From contig CAWJTV010000025.1 in the NCBI GenBank assembly GCA_963845755.1, positions 192,001 to 256,000 on the forward strand: DNA of 64,000 bases, read 5' to 3'. The notes under the pieces were generated by a model. That model searched no databases, was not told where the DNA came from, and saw only the letters and a list, made by a program, of their open reading frames with translations. A program made the position numbers and the translations under genes. Source of the stretch: an uncultured Planctomycetota bacterium (GTDB lineage Bacteria > Planctomycetota > Planctomycetia > Isosphaerales > Isosphaeraceae). Positions 54,863 to 64,000 of the stretch are shown here, in pieces. Positions within the stretch are counted from its first letter, which is position 1; each line of letters starts with the position of its first letter.

Positions 54863-55333
54863 TGCACTTCTCCTTTCGGCGAGTTCTCGGCGCAGTGAAA
54901 AGATGAAATCACATGAAAATATCTCGACTGACTGTCGAAAGCCGTGACACGGAGCATTGCGAGGAGGGGCATCACGTGTGTGGGCGTACATTCGCCCCTC
55001 CGACGTGACCCTCCGATCCACGGGGATCCCTTGGTGGGACAGTAGGCGTCTGGCTCAGGTCCGTCGCCCGCCCAACCGATGACGAATTCGCTGAGCCAAG
55101 TCCCTCGCTCACCGTCCGGGTGAGGCAACGGAAGGATCAGAATCATGGCGACTGGCGCCCCCGGCAGATTCACCCGAACGCATACCGCCCCATGTCCGCT
55201 CAGAGAGTGGCGCAGTAAATCCGGTCGGAGTGCGATCCGAGGCAGCAACCTCACGCCGTGGCTGAGGCGGAAGCGATGGCGAGACCAGCGACGGTGAGAC
55301 CGCCTGGGCGAAGGAAGGGAAAAGGCGGCGGGA

Positions 55334-55675
55334 TCAACAGCGCAATGGGACTGTGGCCAGCCGTCGGCTCGACCTCGGCCCATTCGAAATCGAGGAGACT
55401 TCGTGACTGGGGCTGGCTACGGGGCCAAGATCCGACTCCTGAATGATACGAGGATTCGTCTCTTCAAGCACGGACTTCAGCCGGCGCCATGGGGAGTAGA
55501 TAGCCACCGAACAGGGACGTGGAACGGAAGAAGCGTACGATGGCTTCATGCAATCGCGGGGGACGCGAGTCGTATGGTAGTTGGCAGGACGCTTGACATG
55601 GCGAATGCCGGCCGTGGCGAAAGCGAGTGAGAATCCCACCACCAGCATGAATATTGTCGAACGTCGCCACGACAT
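55334..55675 (-). CDS. Small signal-peptide ORF ending PLRC, copy A
   Basis: MSWRRSTIFMLVVGFSLAFATA...SPWRRLKSVLEETNPRIIQESDLGP...RRLATVPLRC; conserved with copies B and C. Confidence 0.8.
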   Translation of the reverse strand: MSWRRSTIFMLVVGFSLAFATAGIRHVKRPANYHTTRVPRDCMKPSYASSVPRPCSVAIYSPWRRLKSVLEETNPRIIQESDLGPVASPSHEVSSISNGPRSSRRLATVPLRC

Positions 55676-55746
55676 CGACCCACTCCCAAACACCTAGTCG
55701 GCTTACGGAAAACGCCGGCAGGCTTTGTAGACCCTTCCGTCTTCAA

Positions 55747-55775
55747 AAAATACCGGACTCCCCACCGGTAGTCAA
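55747..55775 (-). promoter_or_regulatory. Sigma70-like promoter for small ORF A
   Basis: TTGACT-17 bp-TATTTT on the minus strand; the spacer carries the inverted repeat TACCGG...CCGGTA. Confidence 0.6.
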
Positions 55776-55909
55776 GTCGAATTCAACTCAATCTTAAATG
55801 GAGGCGCGTCTCTATGGCAGATTGGTCTTTGATTGGCGATGCCGAGCTGTCCAGCTACAGATTCCCGGCCGACTGACGGTCGCAACCGGGAATGTGCCGG
55901 ATCCGGAAA

Positions 55910-55940
55910 CGGCCCTGGGCGAGCGAGTCGCCCAGGGCCG
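55910..55940 (-). terminator. Hairpin downstream of paralog 2
   Basis: CGGCCCTGGGCGA-GCGAG-TCGCCCAGGGCCG, followed by TTT on the minus strand; homologous hairpins at 58692-58722 and 61374-61400. Confidence 0.65.
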
Positions 55941-55988
55941 ACGTCCTTGAGTCCACGGCCCTTGCGCTCGGGGCCGGCCGGGGATCGA

Positions 55989-57639
55989 TCACAGCCCACT
56001 GAGGTCGAGCGCGACGATGCGAACGCCGTGCTTCAGGCCCAGCTTCTTCACCACCTCTTCACTCGCCGGCACGCTGAAACTCCGACGCGGAGGAATACTG
56101 ATTCCCGAGAGCACGCGCGGAACCTCGTCTTTCGCACTCTCGGTGCCCAGTGCCGCCAACCCATTGAGCAGCAGCGGCGAGGCATTATCAATCCGCAACC
56201 GGTAGGTCAGCTTTCCCTTCTCGCGAGAACCCTTGAGCAACTGCATCCGCACCAGGCGGTTCAGCAGACCCTCCGCCAACGAATCGGCGAACTTGGCCGC
56301 CTCGAACTGGCCGCCCTCGCCCTTGACCGGGACCGTGAACTTGCCGAAGGGAATCCACTTCGCCCCGGCGCCATCGCTGCTGACGACCTGGACCAGGGCC
56401 GCGTCTCCCTTGAGGCGCACCCGGAACGCCACCGACGGCCCGGCCGGCCGCGCCGGAATCCCGCGCTCCGCGTAGAGGCCCAGCACGATCTTGCCTTGCA
56501 AGAGCTGGCTCGTCTCGGCCGCCAGCTTCTCGCCGGCCGCGTCGGTCCCGTCCACCTGGAAGTGCACCCGGCCCGTCTCGCCGTCGGCCAGGGTGTCCAG
56601 GTGCTCGACGAAATCGCTGCGCCAGGGTCAACTCGTACCCGTTGGCCCAGCTCTGCGACAACTTCGCGATCGTCTCCCAGTCCAGGCCCGCCGCGAGTCG
56701 CCACATGATCAGTTGCGCCACCCGCGTGGACGCCGTCTGGGCCGCCAGACGTTTCAGGGCCTTCTGCAGCCGGAGATCATCACTGACCTCGCTGATATCC
56801 CCGATCTTGAACAGCTCGCCTTGAGCGGGCAACCTGAGGCCCTGATTGGGATCGGGATTGGTCAGGCTGATGAAGCGTGTGGGCAGATTACGAGTCTGAC
56901 CGGGCTTGAGGTCGGCGAACGGCAGGCTCGACGGCGGCACTGACATCATGCCACCCATGCCGCCGCCCATCATGCCGCCGCCCATTCCGCCACCCATTCC
57001 GCCGCCCATACCGCCGCCCATACCGCCACCCATTCCACCCATCCGGCCCATGCCGATCATCAGGCTTCGCCGGTCCCAGCTATCGAAGTCTCCGCAGAAA
57101 TACATGACGATATTGGCGAGCATCATCATGCCCATCATCGGCGGCATCGTGCGGGCGCCGCCGCCCATACCGCCGCCCATACCACCACCCATACCGCCCC
57201 TCATACCGCCGCCCATACCACCGCCCATACCGCCGCCCATACCGCCGCCCATACCACCGCCCATACCGCCACCACCCATCCCGCCCATCATGCCACCCAT
57301 CTGACCGGTGGCACTCTGAGCGATGATTCCCGGCGGTAAAACGACGCGGAGGATCTTGCGAGTACGATTGGTCACGGAGACGGTCACGCGACCATCGCCG
57401 CTCCCCTCGGCTTTCACGGACACGAGCCCCCTATGCATCGCGTCGGGCAAGTTGAACTCGGGCGGGCCCTCCTCGGCCTTATCTTGTGAGACGGATGCTG
57501 GTTTCGCCGCAGAGGTCGCAGGTTGGGCCGCTGTCGTGGTTCTTTCAGCACGACTGTCGTCGTCGGCGCGGGCGGTTGCCAGGCAGCCGACGAAGCCGGC
57601 TACCAGGAACGCTGCGGAAAAGGGAAAACATTGTCGCAT
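55989..57639 (-). CDS. Secreted Gly-Met-repeat protein, paralog 2; frameshift near 56618
   Basis: MRQCFPFSAAFLVAG...ATARA with the same core; C-terminus in ORF 55989-56567. Confidence 0.88.
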
Positions 57640-58107
57640 GGCACTGGTCCTTTCGGCGAGTTTTTCGGGGTAGGAAAGATCAGCAAAGAACATGAAGACA
57701 TTTTGACTGATGATGGCCCAGGCCATGATCCGGACTGTAGGCGGAGAGTCGGCGCGAGCACGACCCCACCCGTCCAGCCTGGCCCACCCCTTCCGTAGGG
57801 GCCCTGGTCTTGGAAGGCAGCCGTCTGGTTGCGGCCCCTCGCCCGCTCCGCCTCCGGCGCGCCCGCTCGAGGCAAGCCTCAGAGAGAGCCAGTCCGGGAG
57901 ACGAAATGGAAGAGTTGCGCCACGGCGACTTGGCGCCCCCAGCCGATTCATCTGGGTGGCGGCAAGGGACATCTCAGGCCAGCAGTCGCAAGCATCCGGG
58001 CGGAGACTGGCCCCAGTCGGCAAGCTCACGCTCGGGCTGTTACAGGATCCGTGGTGGGACCGGCAACAGTGATGCGGCGCAGGCGAACGCGGGGGCAAGC
58101 GGCGGGC

Positions 58108-58452
58108 TCAACAGCGCAAAGGCAATGTGGCGAGCCGGCGGCGCGGGCTCGACCCGGTCGAAACGAAGGGGATGAAATGACTCGGGCTGGTTATGGCGGC
58201 GAGGTCCGACGCCTCGAAGATTCGAGGACTCGTCTGTTCCAACACCGACTTGAGCCGGTTCCGCCATTGGGAGTGTTGGGAGAGCGACGAGGGTTGCGGA
58301 ACGCACTGGGAAGGGACTTGCTCTTCGCGGTCGAACGCGCTGCGACGAACATCGAGGTTGGTACGAGCCTCGGCGACTGAAAAGGCGGTCGCGGTGGAAA
58401 CGGGCAGGAGCCCCGCGACCAGTACGAGCATTGCCAAGCGTCGCAGCCACAT
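58108..58452 (-). CDS. Small signal-peptide ORF ending PLRC, copy B
   Basis: MWLRRLAMLVLVAGLLPVSTATA...SQWRNRLKSVLEQTSPRIFEASDL...RRLATLPLRC. Confidence 0.8.
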   Translation of the reverse strand: MWLRRLAMLVLVAGLLPVSTATAFSVAEARTNLDVRRSAFDREEQVPSQCVPQPSSLSQHSQWRNRLKSVLEQTSPRIFEASDLAAITSPSHFIPFVSTGSSPRRRLATLPLRC

Positions 58453-58527
58453 CAGCCTGCTCCCGCAGAAGTTGGTCAGACTCCACGTCGCCTTCGCAGG
58501 CTTCGTAGACCCCGCCCATGGTGTGCA

Positions 58528-58556
58528 ACCATACCGGGCTCCTCGGGGAAAGTCAA
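58528..58556 (-). promoter_or_regulatory. Sigma70-like promoter for small ORF B
   Basis: TTGACT-17 bp-TATGGT at the position homologous to 55747-55775. Confidence 0.6.
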
Positions 58557-58787
58557 GTCGGATTGACCATAATATTCGATTAAAATACTTTTCTCTGTTA
58601 GATTGGTCTTCGATCGGGAATGCCGGGCTGTCCACCGGGAGATTCCCGGCCGAGGGCCGGTTGCGGGACGGGCTTGATCGGAATCATGGAAGCACCCCGA
58701 GCGAGCGGTTCGCCCAGGGCGCATGTCCTTGAATGAACGGTCGCCGCGCCACTCGCCCGACGGGCTCGGAGAGCGGCCAGGCTGGGA

Positions 58788-60450
58788 TCACAACCCGCTG
58801 AGGTCGAGCGCGACGATGCGAACGCCGTGCTTCAGGCCCAGCTTCTTCACCACCTCTTCACTCGCCGGCACGCTGAAGCTCCGACGCGGAGGAATACTGA
58901 TTCCCGAGAGCACGCGCGGAACCTCATCCTTGCCGCTCTCGGTGCCCAGTGCCGCCACACCATTGAGCAGCAATGGCGAGGCGTTCTCGATCCGCAACCG
59001 GTAGGTCAACTTTCCCTTCTCGCGAGGACCCTTGAGCAACTGCATCCGCACCAGGCGGTTCAACAGCCCTTCCGCCAACGAATCGGCGAACTTGGCCGCC
59101 TCGAACTTGCCATTCTCGCTCTTGACGGAGACCGTGAACTTGCCGAAGGGAATCCACTTCGCCCCCGCGCCGTCGCTGCTGACGACCTGGACCAGGGCCG
59201 CGTCTCCCTTGAGGCGCACCCGGAACGCCACCGACGGCCCGGCCGGCCGCGCCGGAATCCCGCGCTCCGCGTAGAGGCCCAGCACGATCTTGCCTTGCAA
59301 GAGCTGGCTCGTCTCGGCCGCCAGCTTCTCGCCGGCCGCGTCGGTCCCGTCCACCTGGAAGTGCACCCGGCCCGTCTCGCCGTCGGCCAGGGTGTCCAGG
59401 TGCTCGACGAAATCGCGCGCCAGGGTCAACTCGTACCCGTTGGCCCAGTCCCGCGAGAGCTGCGCGATCGTCTCCCAGTCCAGGCCCGCCCCCAGCCGCC
59501 ACAGGACCAGTTGCGCCACCCGCGTGGACGCCGTCTGGGCCGCCAGGCGCTTCAGGGCCTTCTGCAGCCGGGGATCATCACTGACCTCGCTGATATCGCC
59601 GATCTTGAACGACTCGCCTTGAGCGGGCAACTTGAGACCCTGTCGGGGATCGGGGTTGGTCAGGCTGATGAAGCGCGTGGGCAGATTACGGGTCTGGCCG
59701 GGCTTGAGATCGGCGAACGGCAGGCTCGACGGCGGCACCGACATCATGCCCCCCATGCCGCCGCCCATCATGCCGCCGCCCATTCCGCCACCCATGCCAC
59801 CCATTCCGCCACCCATGCCACCGCCCATGCCACCCATCCGGCCCATGCCGATCATCAGGCTTCGCCGGTCCCAGCTATCGAAGTCTCCGCAGAAATACAT
59901 GACGATATTGGCGAGCATCATCATGCCCATCATCGGCGGCATCGTGCGGGCGCCACCGCCCATACCACCCATCATGCCGCCGCCCATACCGCCACCCATA
60001 CCACCCATACCACCGCCCATGCCACCGCCCATGCCACCGCCCATGCCACCCATACCACCCATCATGCCACCGCCCATACCACCGCCCATACCGCCCATCA
60101 TTCCGCCCATCTGGCCGGTGGCGCTCTGGGCGACGATTCCCGGCGGCAGAACGACCCGCAGCGGCTTCTGGGTCCGATTCTTCACGGTGACGGTCACCCG
60201 ACCGTCGCCGCTCCCCTCCGTTTTCACGGACACGAGCCCCTGGTGCATCGCATCGAGCAGATTGAACTCCGGCGGTTCCGGGCTAGCCTTATCCGGCGAT
60301 AGAGACGCTGGTTTCGCCTGCGGAGGTCGCGGGCGGGACGGCCGCCGCGGTCGGGTCGGCAGGACGGTCGTCGGAGGCCCGGACCGTCGTCAGGCCGCCC
60401 AGGAATCCGGCGGCCAGGAACACTGCGGAAAGAGCGAAGAACGGTCGCAT
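58788..60450 (-). CDS. Secreted Gly-Met-repeat protein, paralog 3; frameshift near 60322
   Basis: RBS AAGGAG, ATG at 60450 (MRPFFALSAVFLAAG...TTVRASDDRPADP); mature part nearly identical to paralog 1. Confidence 0.88.
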
Positions 60451-60931
60451 TGCACGTCTCCTTCAGGAGAGTTTCGGTGTGAAAACGATCAACAAATTAC
60501 ATGAAAACATACCGAATCATGATAGTCCGGGCCGCGGCCCGTGCAATTCGCCGGCGGATCCCATCACGAGCACAAGCACGAGTGCGACTCCGCCCGCCTT
60601 GACGTGGCTTGCCGATCCACGCAAGCCCTTCGTTCGGGAAGCGGCCGCCCGCTTGAGGCCCCCGTCCGATCCGCCGATGAAGCGTCACCGAAGGTCAGGC
60701 CCGCGAGTGCACCGGTTCGGATGACCGAACGGCAGACTTCGAAATTCAGGGGCTGGTGTCACCAGCCGGTTCACCCGGACGCATCCGGGGCGTGGCGTGT
60801 CAGCGGTCACAACGGATCCGGATGGACCGCAGTCTGGGGCGGGAAGCTCGTTCTGTACGCTGATGCCGAACGGTTGTCGGACCAGCGACGGCGAGGCCGC
60901 CCGGGGCGAAGGAAGGGAAAGTGGGGTGGGA

Positions 60932-61273
60932 TCAACAGCGCAGCGGGACTCTGGCGAGCCGTCGGTTCAGGCTCGACCCGCTCGGAACGAAGGGATTCCC
61001 ATGATGCTGGCTGGGTACGGGGCCAAGATCGGATTCCTCGATGATTCGAGGACTCGTCTCTTCGAGTACAGACTTGAGCCGGCGCCATGGGGAATAGATG
61101 GAGACCGAGGAGGGACGCGGTGCGGAGAGAACACTGGCGTGTTTCTCCGCTCCGACGGCGATGCAGGTGGAATCAGGCTTGGCACGGTCGTTGACCTGTC
61201 GATCGCCGGGCGTGGAGGAAGCGAGCCAGAAGCCCGCGACCATCATGAGCATTGCCAAGCATCGCGACCACAT
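60932..61273 (-). CDS. Small signal-peptide ORF ending PLRC, copy C
   Basis: MWSRCLAMLMMVAGFWLASS...SPWRRLKSVLEETSPRIIEESDLGP...RRLARVPLRC. Confidence 0.8.
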   Translation of the reverse strand: MWSRCLAMLMMVAGFWLASSTPGDRQVNDRAKPDSTCIAVGAEKHASVLSAPRPSSVSIYSPWRRLKSVLEETSPRIIEESDLGPVPSQHHGNPFVPSGSSLNRRLARVPLRC

Positions 61274-61373
61274 CGATGCAACCCTTAAAAACTTGGTCGG
61301 GACGGAAATCGCCTTTGCAGGCTTTGCAAATCCCTTCCCCAAAGATGTGAAAAAAGTCCGGGATCCTGGAACG

Positions 61374-61400
61374 GCCCTGGGCGAGCGAGTCGCCCAGGGC
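61374..61400 (-). terminator. Hairpin downstream of paralog 4
   Basis: GCCCTGGGCGA-GCGAG-TCGCCCAGGGC, identical to the core of 55910-55940. Confidence 0.6.
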
Positions 61401-61477
61401 ACACGTCTTTTGTATCCGTCGGTCCCGTGTTCAGCCCGCGGGCCATCGGCCCAAGGGGTGAGACCGACCGGCCGGGA

Positions 61478-63142
61478 TCACAGTCCGCTGAGGTCCAGCG
61501 CCATCACGCGGATGCCTTGCTTCAGACCGAGCGCCTTGACGGCCTCCTCGGAGGCGGGAAGCGTCATGTGCTTCCGAGGCGGGATGCTGATCCCCGAGAG
61601 CAGCTTGGGAGCCTCTCCGGGCTTGTCCACCGTACCCATCACGGCCAATCCGTTGAGGTTCAGCGGCGAGACATTGTCGATCCGGATTCCGTAAGTCAGC
61701 TTGCCCTTCTCGCGGGGCCCCTTGATCAACTGGGCCCGGACGAGGCGGTTGATGATGCCCTCAGCCAGCGCTTCGGCGAACCGTGCGCTCTCGAACTTTC
61801 CGCGATCCTTGGTGACCGGCACCGAGAACTTGCCGAAGGGGAGCCAGTTCCGGGCCCAACCGTCGCTGCTGACGACCTGGACGACCGCGTCGCTGTCGCG
61901 GAACCGCACCTGGCAGGCCACCGCCGGTCCCTCCGGTCGCGACGGAACCCCGATGACCGCTTGAAGCCCGAGCACCGTCTTCCCCTTCATCAGTTCGGAG
62001 AGTTCGGCCGCCCGCGACTCGCTCGACGCGTCCGTCCCGGTGATCTGGAATAAGATCCGCCCGGTTTCGCCTTCCGGCAACGCGCCCAATCGGTCCACGA
62101 AGTCCCGGGCCAGGGTCAGTTCGTTTTGGTTCGCCCACTTCTGGGAGAGTTGGGCGATGGAATCCCAGTCCAACCCGCCGGCCAGCCGCCACATGACGAG
62201 TTGCGCCACCGACGCGGGGACCATCCGGCCGCTGAGTCGCTTGAGAGCTTTCTGCACCTGCGGATCGTTGTTCACTTGCGCGATGTCTCCCACGATCCGG
62301 AGGATTTCTCCCTTCTCGGGCAGGGCGACTCCATTCTCGGGATCCGGATTGGTGAGACTGACCACGCTGGTCGGCAAGTGCCGGGTCTGCTTGGGTTTCA
62401 GATCGGCGGATGGGAGACTCGACGGCGGAACCGACATCATCCCGCCCATACCACCACCCATGCCGCCCATACCACCACCCATGCCGCCGCCCATGCCGCC
62501 GCCCATGCCGCCCATGCCGCCACCCATGCCGCCGCCACCCATGCCCATCATCAGGCTTCGCCGGTCCCAGCTATCGAAATCTCCGCAGAAGTACATGACG
62601 ATATTGGCGAGCATCATCATGCCCATCATCGGCGGCATCGTGCGGGCACCACCGCCCATACCGCCACCCATACCGCCGCCCATGCCACCGCCCATACCGC
62701 CGCCCATGCCACCGCCCATACCGCCGCCCATGCCACCGCCCATACCGCCGCCCATGCCACCGCCCATGCCACCCATGCCACCGCCCATACCGCCCATCTG
62801 GCCCGTGGCACCCTGGGCGACAATTCCCGGAGGAAGGATCACGCGGAGCGCGTGGTTGGTGCGGTTGGTCACGGAGATCGTGATCCGACCGTCGCCGATT
62901 CCTTCCGCCTGGGCGGAAACCAATTTCTGACTCATGGCATCGAGCAGGCTGTATTCGGGAACATCTTGCGTCGTCCCGGGTTCAGTCTTGGAGGTGGCCG
63001 TGGTCTTGGGTGCCTTGGCACTCGGCTTACCTTTGACCCGACTGCTGATCTTGACCTCCTGGGCAGAGACCCAGGCCGCCGGCAAGATGGCCATCAGGCC
63101 GCCGGCTACCAACGCGATAAAACCATGTAACGACTGACGCAT
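61478..63142 (-). CDS. Secreted Gly-Met-repeat protein, paralog 4 (most divergent)
   Basis: MRQSLHGFIALVAGG...WVSA signal, same Met/Cys core, ends ALDLSGL. Confidence 0.9.
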   Translation of the reverse strand: MRQSLHGFIALVAGGLMAILPAAWVSAQEVKISSRVKGKPSAKAPKTTATSKTEPGTTQDVPEYSLLDAMSQKLVSAQAEGIGDGRITISVTNRTNHALRVILPPGIVAQGATGQMGGMGGGMGGMGGGMGGGMGGGMGGGMGGGMGGGMGGGMGGGMGGGMGGGARTMPPMMGMMMLANIVMYFCGDFDSWDRRSLMMGMGGGGMGGGMGGMGGGMGGGMGGGMGGMGGGMGGMMSVPPSSLPSADLKPKQTRHLPTSVVSLTNPDPENGVALPEKGEILRIVGDIAQVNNDPQVQKALKRLSGRMVPASVAQLVMWRLAGGLDWDSIAQLSQKWANQNELTLARDFVDRLGALPEGETGRILFQITGTDASSESRAAELSELMKGKTVLGLQAVIGVPSRPEGPAVACQVRFRDSDAVVQVVSSDGWARNWLPFGKFSVPVTKDRGKFESARFAEALAEGIINRLVRAQLIKGPREKGKLTYGIRIDNVSPLNLNGLAVMGTVDKPGEAPKLLSGISIPPRKHMTLPASEEAVKALGLKQGIRVMALDLSGL

Positions 63143-63877
63143 GGATTCTGCCTTTCTACTCACTGCATTGGCCGCAACGACATGGGGTGAAAAGTGGCCG
63201 GTCAATCCGCCTGATGGCGGCATCCGAGAGAATCAATCGAGGGGTCTGAGAGCCAACATCCGCGGTGGCGACTGGGTCCCGGGTCATCACTCGACCCGAA
63301 TGGGCGACCCATCGCGATCCGGCTATTCAACGCAACCTGGTCCATCGGTATGGAACGGAGCCGTGTCGCGATGTCGAGCATTCTGAAGCTTAGAGACGAT
63401 CGATCCCGGTCGAATATTCGCTGACAAGGATCGGTCGGCACCAGATTTCACCAGACGCCCAGCGAGTCGGATCCGAAGGCGGGAAAGGCGTCGGTGCGGG
63501 GTCCGGCAAGGTTCCTGCGTAAAGATTGTGCCCACAGGGACTTCGGCCGTCGCTGCGGCCAGGACGACGGTGGGAGATAACGCCCTGAGGCCGTGACCGG
63601 CCTTGATGCCGGGCGACCCCGATTGTCTCGCTAGCTGGCTCCTTGATCGCGGTTCGGAGACCGTTCAGGCCGGGGGCTCGCAGCGAAGACCGTTCAATGG
63701 ACGGTGGGGAGGCGATGAAAGCGTGAACGACCGTCCCATGATGAATGAGCGGTTGGGGACGTCCCGTCTCGATCGCCAGGGGACCCGCTTGACGGGGCAG
63801 GTGAATCTGCTATAAGATGGGAATATTAAAAGACTTAGTGTTTCGTTTCTCCTGATTTTCGCGAGGCCGGTGTGGCA

Positions 63878-64000
63878 ATGGAACTGCTGTCAGAGATTTG
63901 GGATAAGACGACCGACGCATTCACGTCGCTCTCGGAAGGGGTCTCGCACGGACTGATCCGACTGTTCGGCAGCTCGAACGAGCGGAAGATCCGGCAGATG
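63878..64000 (+). CDS. secA: Preprotein translocase SecA, N-terminus (runs off the window)
   Basis: MELLSEIWDKTTDAFTSLSEGVSHGLIRLFGSSNERKIRQM; LFGSxNER is the SecA N-terminal motif, here with a planctomycete-type extension. Only 41 codons are visible. Confidence 0.7.
   Translation, partial: MELLSEIWDKTTDAFTSLSEGVSHGLIRLFGSSNERKIRQM

Noticed and set aside
53711..63130. Plus-strand Pro/Met-rich and His/Ala-rich ORFs (PPMPP, HATAH)
   Set aside because: Antisense shadows of the GGC-ATG repeats; RBSs, signal peptides and paralog conservation support the minus strand.
53204..63142. Array as a pure assembly duplication
   Set aside because: Signal peptides, small ORFs, spacers and paralog 4 are substantially diverged with frames preserved, which an artefact would not produce.
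63143..63877. A fourth PLRC ORF or a SecM-like leader before secA
   Set aside because: No RLKSVLE/PLRC motif or convincing signal-peptide ORF found in this gap; the PLRC ORFs are on the opposite strand from secA.

Overview
GC-rich bacterial chromosomal DNA, very probably Planctomycetota and Isosphaeraceae-like. This is inferred from a PVC-type heme-binding CxxCH protein, a 'STGPR' repeat-family protein, a kinase-NTPase-FGE fusion, a PEP-CTERM protein and a planctomycete-style SecA N-terminus. About 20 genes are broken by single-base frameshifts, some in homopolymers, which points to an unpolished long-read assembly rather than mass pseudogenisation. I saw no rRNA, tRNA, CRISPR array, transposase or integrase. 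The window holds housekeeping and accessory genes (nadE, M1 aminopeptidase, sirtuin, MarR-GNAT, Uma2, a DUF4062-NTPase-TPR NLR-like gene and the start of secA), a six-gene sulfate-transfer cluster (13.4-22.3 kb) and many palindromic repeats, including a three-level nested element. The standout is a 10-kb tandem array at 53.2-63.1 kb. It has four paralogous secreted proteins in which two Gly-Met repeat tracts flank a nearly invariant Met/Cys core. They alternate with three ~113-aa signal-peptide ORFs ending in PLRC, each followed by a C-rich tract and a ~470-bp spacer; two of the three are preceded by a sigma70-like promoter. This is a candidate undescribed leader-peptide-regulated system, possibly for metal binding or surface display. 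All product names come from motif recognition by eye; no searches were run.
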